Shown here: piece by piece, positions 62,222 through 64,000 of the stretch
How the letters are laid out: each line of letters starts with the position of its first letter
Position numbering within the stretch: the first letter of the stretch is position 1
NCBI GenBank assembly: GCA_965224195.1
Contig: OZ245040.1
Location: 640,001-704,000 of the forward strand
DNA: 64,000 nucleotides
Origin: Nitrosopumilus sp.
GTDB lineage: Archaea > Thermoproteota > Nitrososphaeria > Nitrososphaerales > Nitrosopumilaceae
Reading direction: 5' to 3'
Program-made: the position numbers and the translations under genes
The notes under the pieces: model-generated
The model's input: the letters and a program-made list of their open reading frames with translations, nothing else
Database searches by the model: none
What the model was told of the DNA's origin: nothing

Positions 62222-62575
62222 TTATTTTTTCTTTGATTCTTTTATTCGTCTGACTGCAATCTCTTTTGCAAGTTGGCTGATTAGTCGAACCTGTTTTGAA
62301 TCCAGATTAAGTTTGTACATTATTGCCCTGCCTGATCGTCTGGTTCTAGTTATGAGGGATTCTGATTCAAAAGTTCTTATTTCATTTAGAGCAGTCTTGA
62401 ATGATATTCCAGAGTATCTTGCAATATCTGAAATCGAATAATCATAATCGTCAAACACAATTAGAAAATCCAAAATCTTTGATCTGGAACATGGAAATGC
62501 ATCTTCAAGAGGTCCAAATTCCAGAACTTTTCCATCAATCTCCGGTACTGTTTCAGACACCGTTTCAGACACCAT
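62222..62575 (-). other. Winged-helix DNA-binding protein
   Basis: SRSKILDFL....YDYSISDIARYSGIS..T.......LI..TR..GRA.MYKLN. Confidence 0.8.
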
Positions 62576-62677
62576 GTTATCGGTAACATCAACATGTATT
62601 TATTATTTACTTGGTTCCTCAATATTATGTAATCAGTTTCATAATACTAATATAATTGCTGTGTATTTAGTCACATA

Positions 62678-62920
62678 ATGGAATTGGATTCGACATCGAA
62701 AAAAATCCTCAAGAAAATGCTGCTGCATAACGTATGTGGCGGAAAACATCACGGATTAGATGATTTGAAGAGGGGATTTCCATCCCATGTCAAAGGTGAT
62801 GTGGAAAAAACGATGAAACAGTTGGTAAGAAAGAATTTGGTTTTAAGGCATCCTACGAAATATGGGTTTCAGTATTCGTTAAATCATGATAAAATAGAGA
62901 AGATTGAAAAAATAATATGA
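62678..62920 (+). CDS. Small basic hypothetical protein
   Basis: GGKH...DDL.RGFP.H..G......K.LV.K.LV...PT.YG..YSLN; divergent from the wHTH gene. Confidence 0.65.
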   Translation: MELDSTSKKILKKMLLHNVCGGKHHGLDDLKRGFPSHVKGDVEKTMKQLVRKNLVLRHPTKYGFQYSLNHDKIEKIEKII

Positions 62921-63812
62921 TTTAGGATTTCTGATTCATGGCAAATGTGTCGATATTAGATACAATCACCTTCGCAAGGAAGGGTTTGAGAAGATGTCCT
63001 ATTTACAGAATTGTTTTAAAAAAAAATGGTTGCCCTTTGAATCAGAATTTTTCAAGTTTGGTGGCACTGAAAAAACACATCACTTCAATATCTGTTGATT
63101 CTTTGAGAGATGGTGTGTTGCTGCTTTTTTTGGCAATGTACAGAGAATCTGCTGGCATTTCAACCATTGCTATCCATGCCGTTATCACCAATCTCAGATG
63201 CGGTGCTTGTAATTTTGTTTACAAGATATGCCTGATGGCTCTTTGTTGCAGGAATGACTGCTGCACGTTTAGACTTTTTTTATGAGGGTTTCTGCAAAAA
63301 CAATGTCTTTGTCTTTTGGAGTGTCATTAACAGGACAAGCAACTGCAGACTCATCTTTTGATGGTGCAGGTTTTGAATTGCTAAATAAAATACTGATGCC
63401 TTTAATCGTAAGCCATACGAAATTAGAGTAAGAAATCTTCTCTGGTTTTATTAGTTGGACAATCCTTCTTACAATTTGAACTTGTTTACCATAGTTATGT
63501 TTTGAATTAGTGACTTGTCTGGCGTGATGTCTGCCTCTCTAACCATTGTAAAATGAGCTTAAATCTAGAGTTTAAGGTTTTTTGAAATACTCTGATTGTT
63601 CTCTTTTAGGTACGGCGCTCCCTGCTAGTTCCTCTGGATATCCATTCTCCTTTTTGCGAAAATTATCCCGGATTGTATAGATATCATCCATGGTAATCTC
63701 TGGTTTTGGAGATACAACTATGGTAATTTCTGTATTTTGTCTTGGTATTCCTGGATTTGCATTTGTGCACTGAGGTATGCAGTTTGGCGTTTTTGTACTG
63801 TCATCAGGTGGC

Positions 63813-63920
63813 CTTGATCAATACTAAAAACTATGAATCATCTCAAGTAAGTTTCTCAGCCTCTTCTTTTTCAGAATTCATTTTTCTTGATCAATACTAA
63901 AAACTATGAATCATCTCAAG
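63813..63920. repeat. Isolated repeat-spacer-repeat unit C (35-bp perfect direct repeat, 38-bp insert)
   Basis: CTTGATCAATACTAAAAACTATGAATCATCTCAAG at 63813-63847 and 63886-63920. Confidence 0.95.
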
Positions 63921-64000
63921 AGCAACACCAAAACACATTGCCTACCCCTTCACAATCTTGGCATCGCATATGCTCTGATACGGGCAGAACATGCATGCTT

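Noticed and set aside
62938-63285. 115-aa + strand ORF
   Set aside because: No recognisable motifs; the region looks like decayed minus-strand coding sequence that I could not assign.
63921-64000. Possible third repeat making unit C a longer CRISPR array (CTTG at 63957, 36 bp after repeat 2)
   Set aside because: Only the first 4 nt match and the rest is unrelated to the repeat, so no array was called.

Overview
AT-rich archaeal chromosome segment that is Nitrosopumilus-like (Thaumarchaeota/Nitrososphaerota), judged from the type IB topoisomerase, CdvA-like protein, tandem ThyX, archaeal LeuRS/AlaRS, FEN1, proteasome alpha subunit and an intron-containing tRNA-Met. The housekeeping backbone is interrupted by many IS elements and remnants (IS5-like, IS1595, IS6-like), pseudogenes and abrupt junctions. 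A roughly 18 kb accessory region after tRNA-Ser(CGA) carries TA-like and virus-like small genes, a purD, a 1826-aa propeller/FN3 surface protein and an NHL/ricin-lectin gene. This pattern suggests a host-associated, eroding genome (inference). The most striking observation is three separate loci (42088-42198, 50211-50322, 63813-63920) where 35-38 bp of local sequence is directly duplicated around a 35-40 bp foreign insert, giving 73-76 bp units. This matches the geometry of Cas1-Cas2 spacer integration but at non-CRISPR sites, two of them inside genes. One insert matches 36/36 bp of the giant surface-protein gene 19 kb away. No cas genes are present in the window, so the mechanism is inferred. 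Also notable are an AlaRS lacking its N-terminal catalytic part, and an archaeal carotenoid cleavage dioxygenase flanked by IS-derived sequence.
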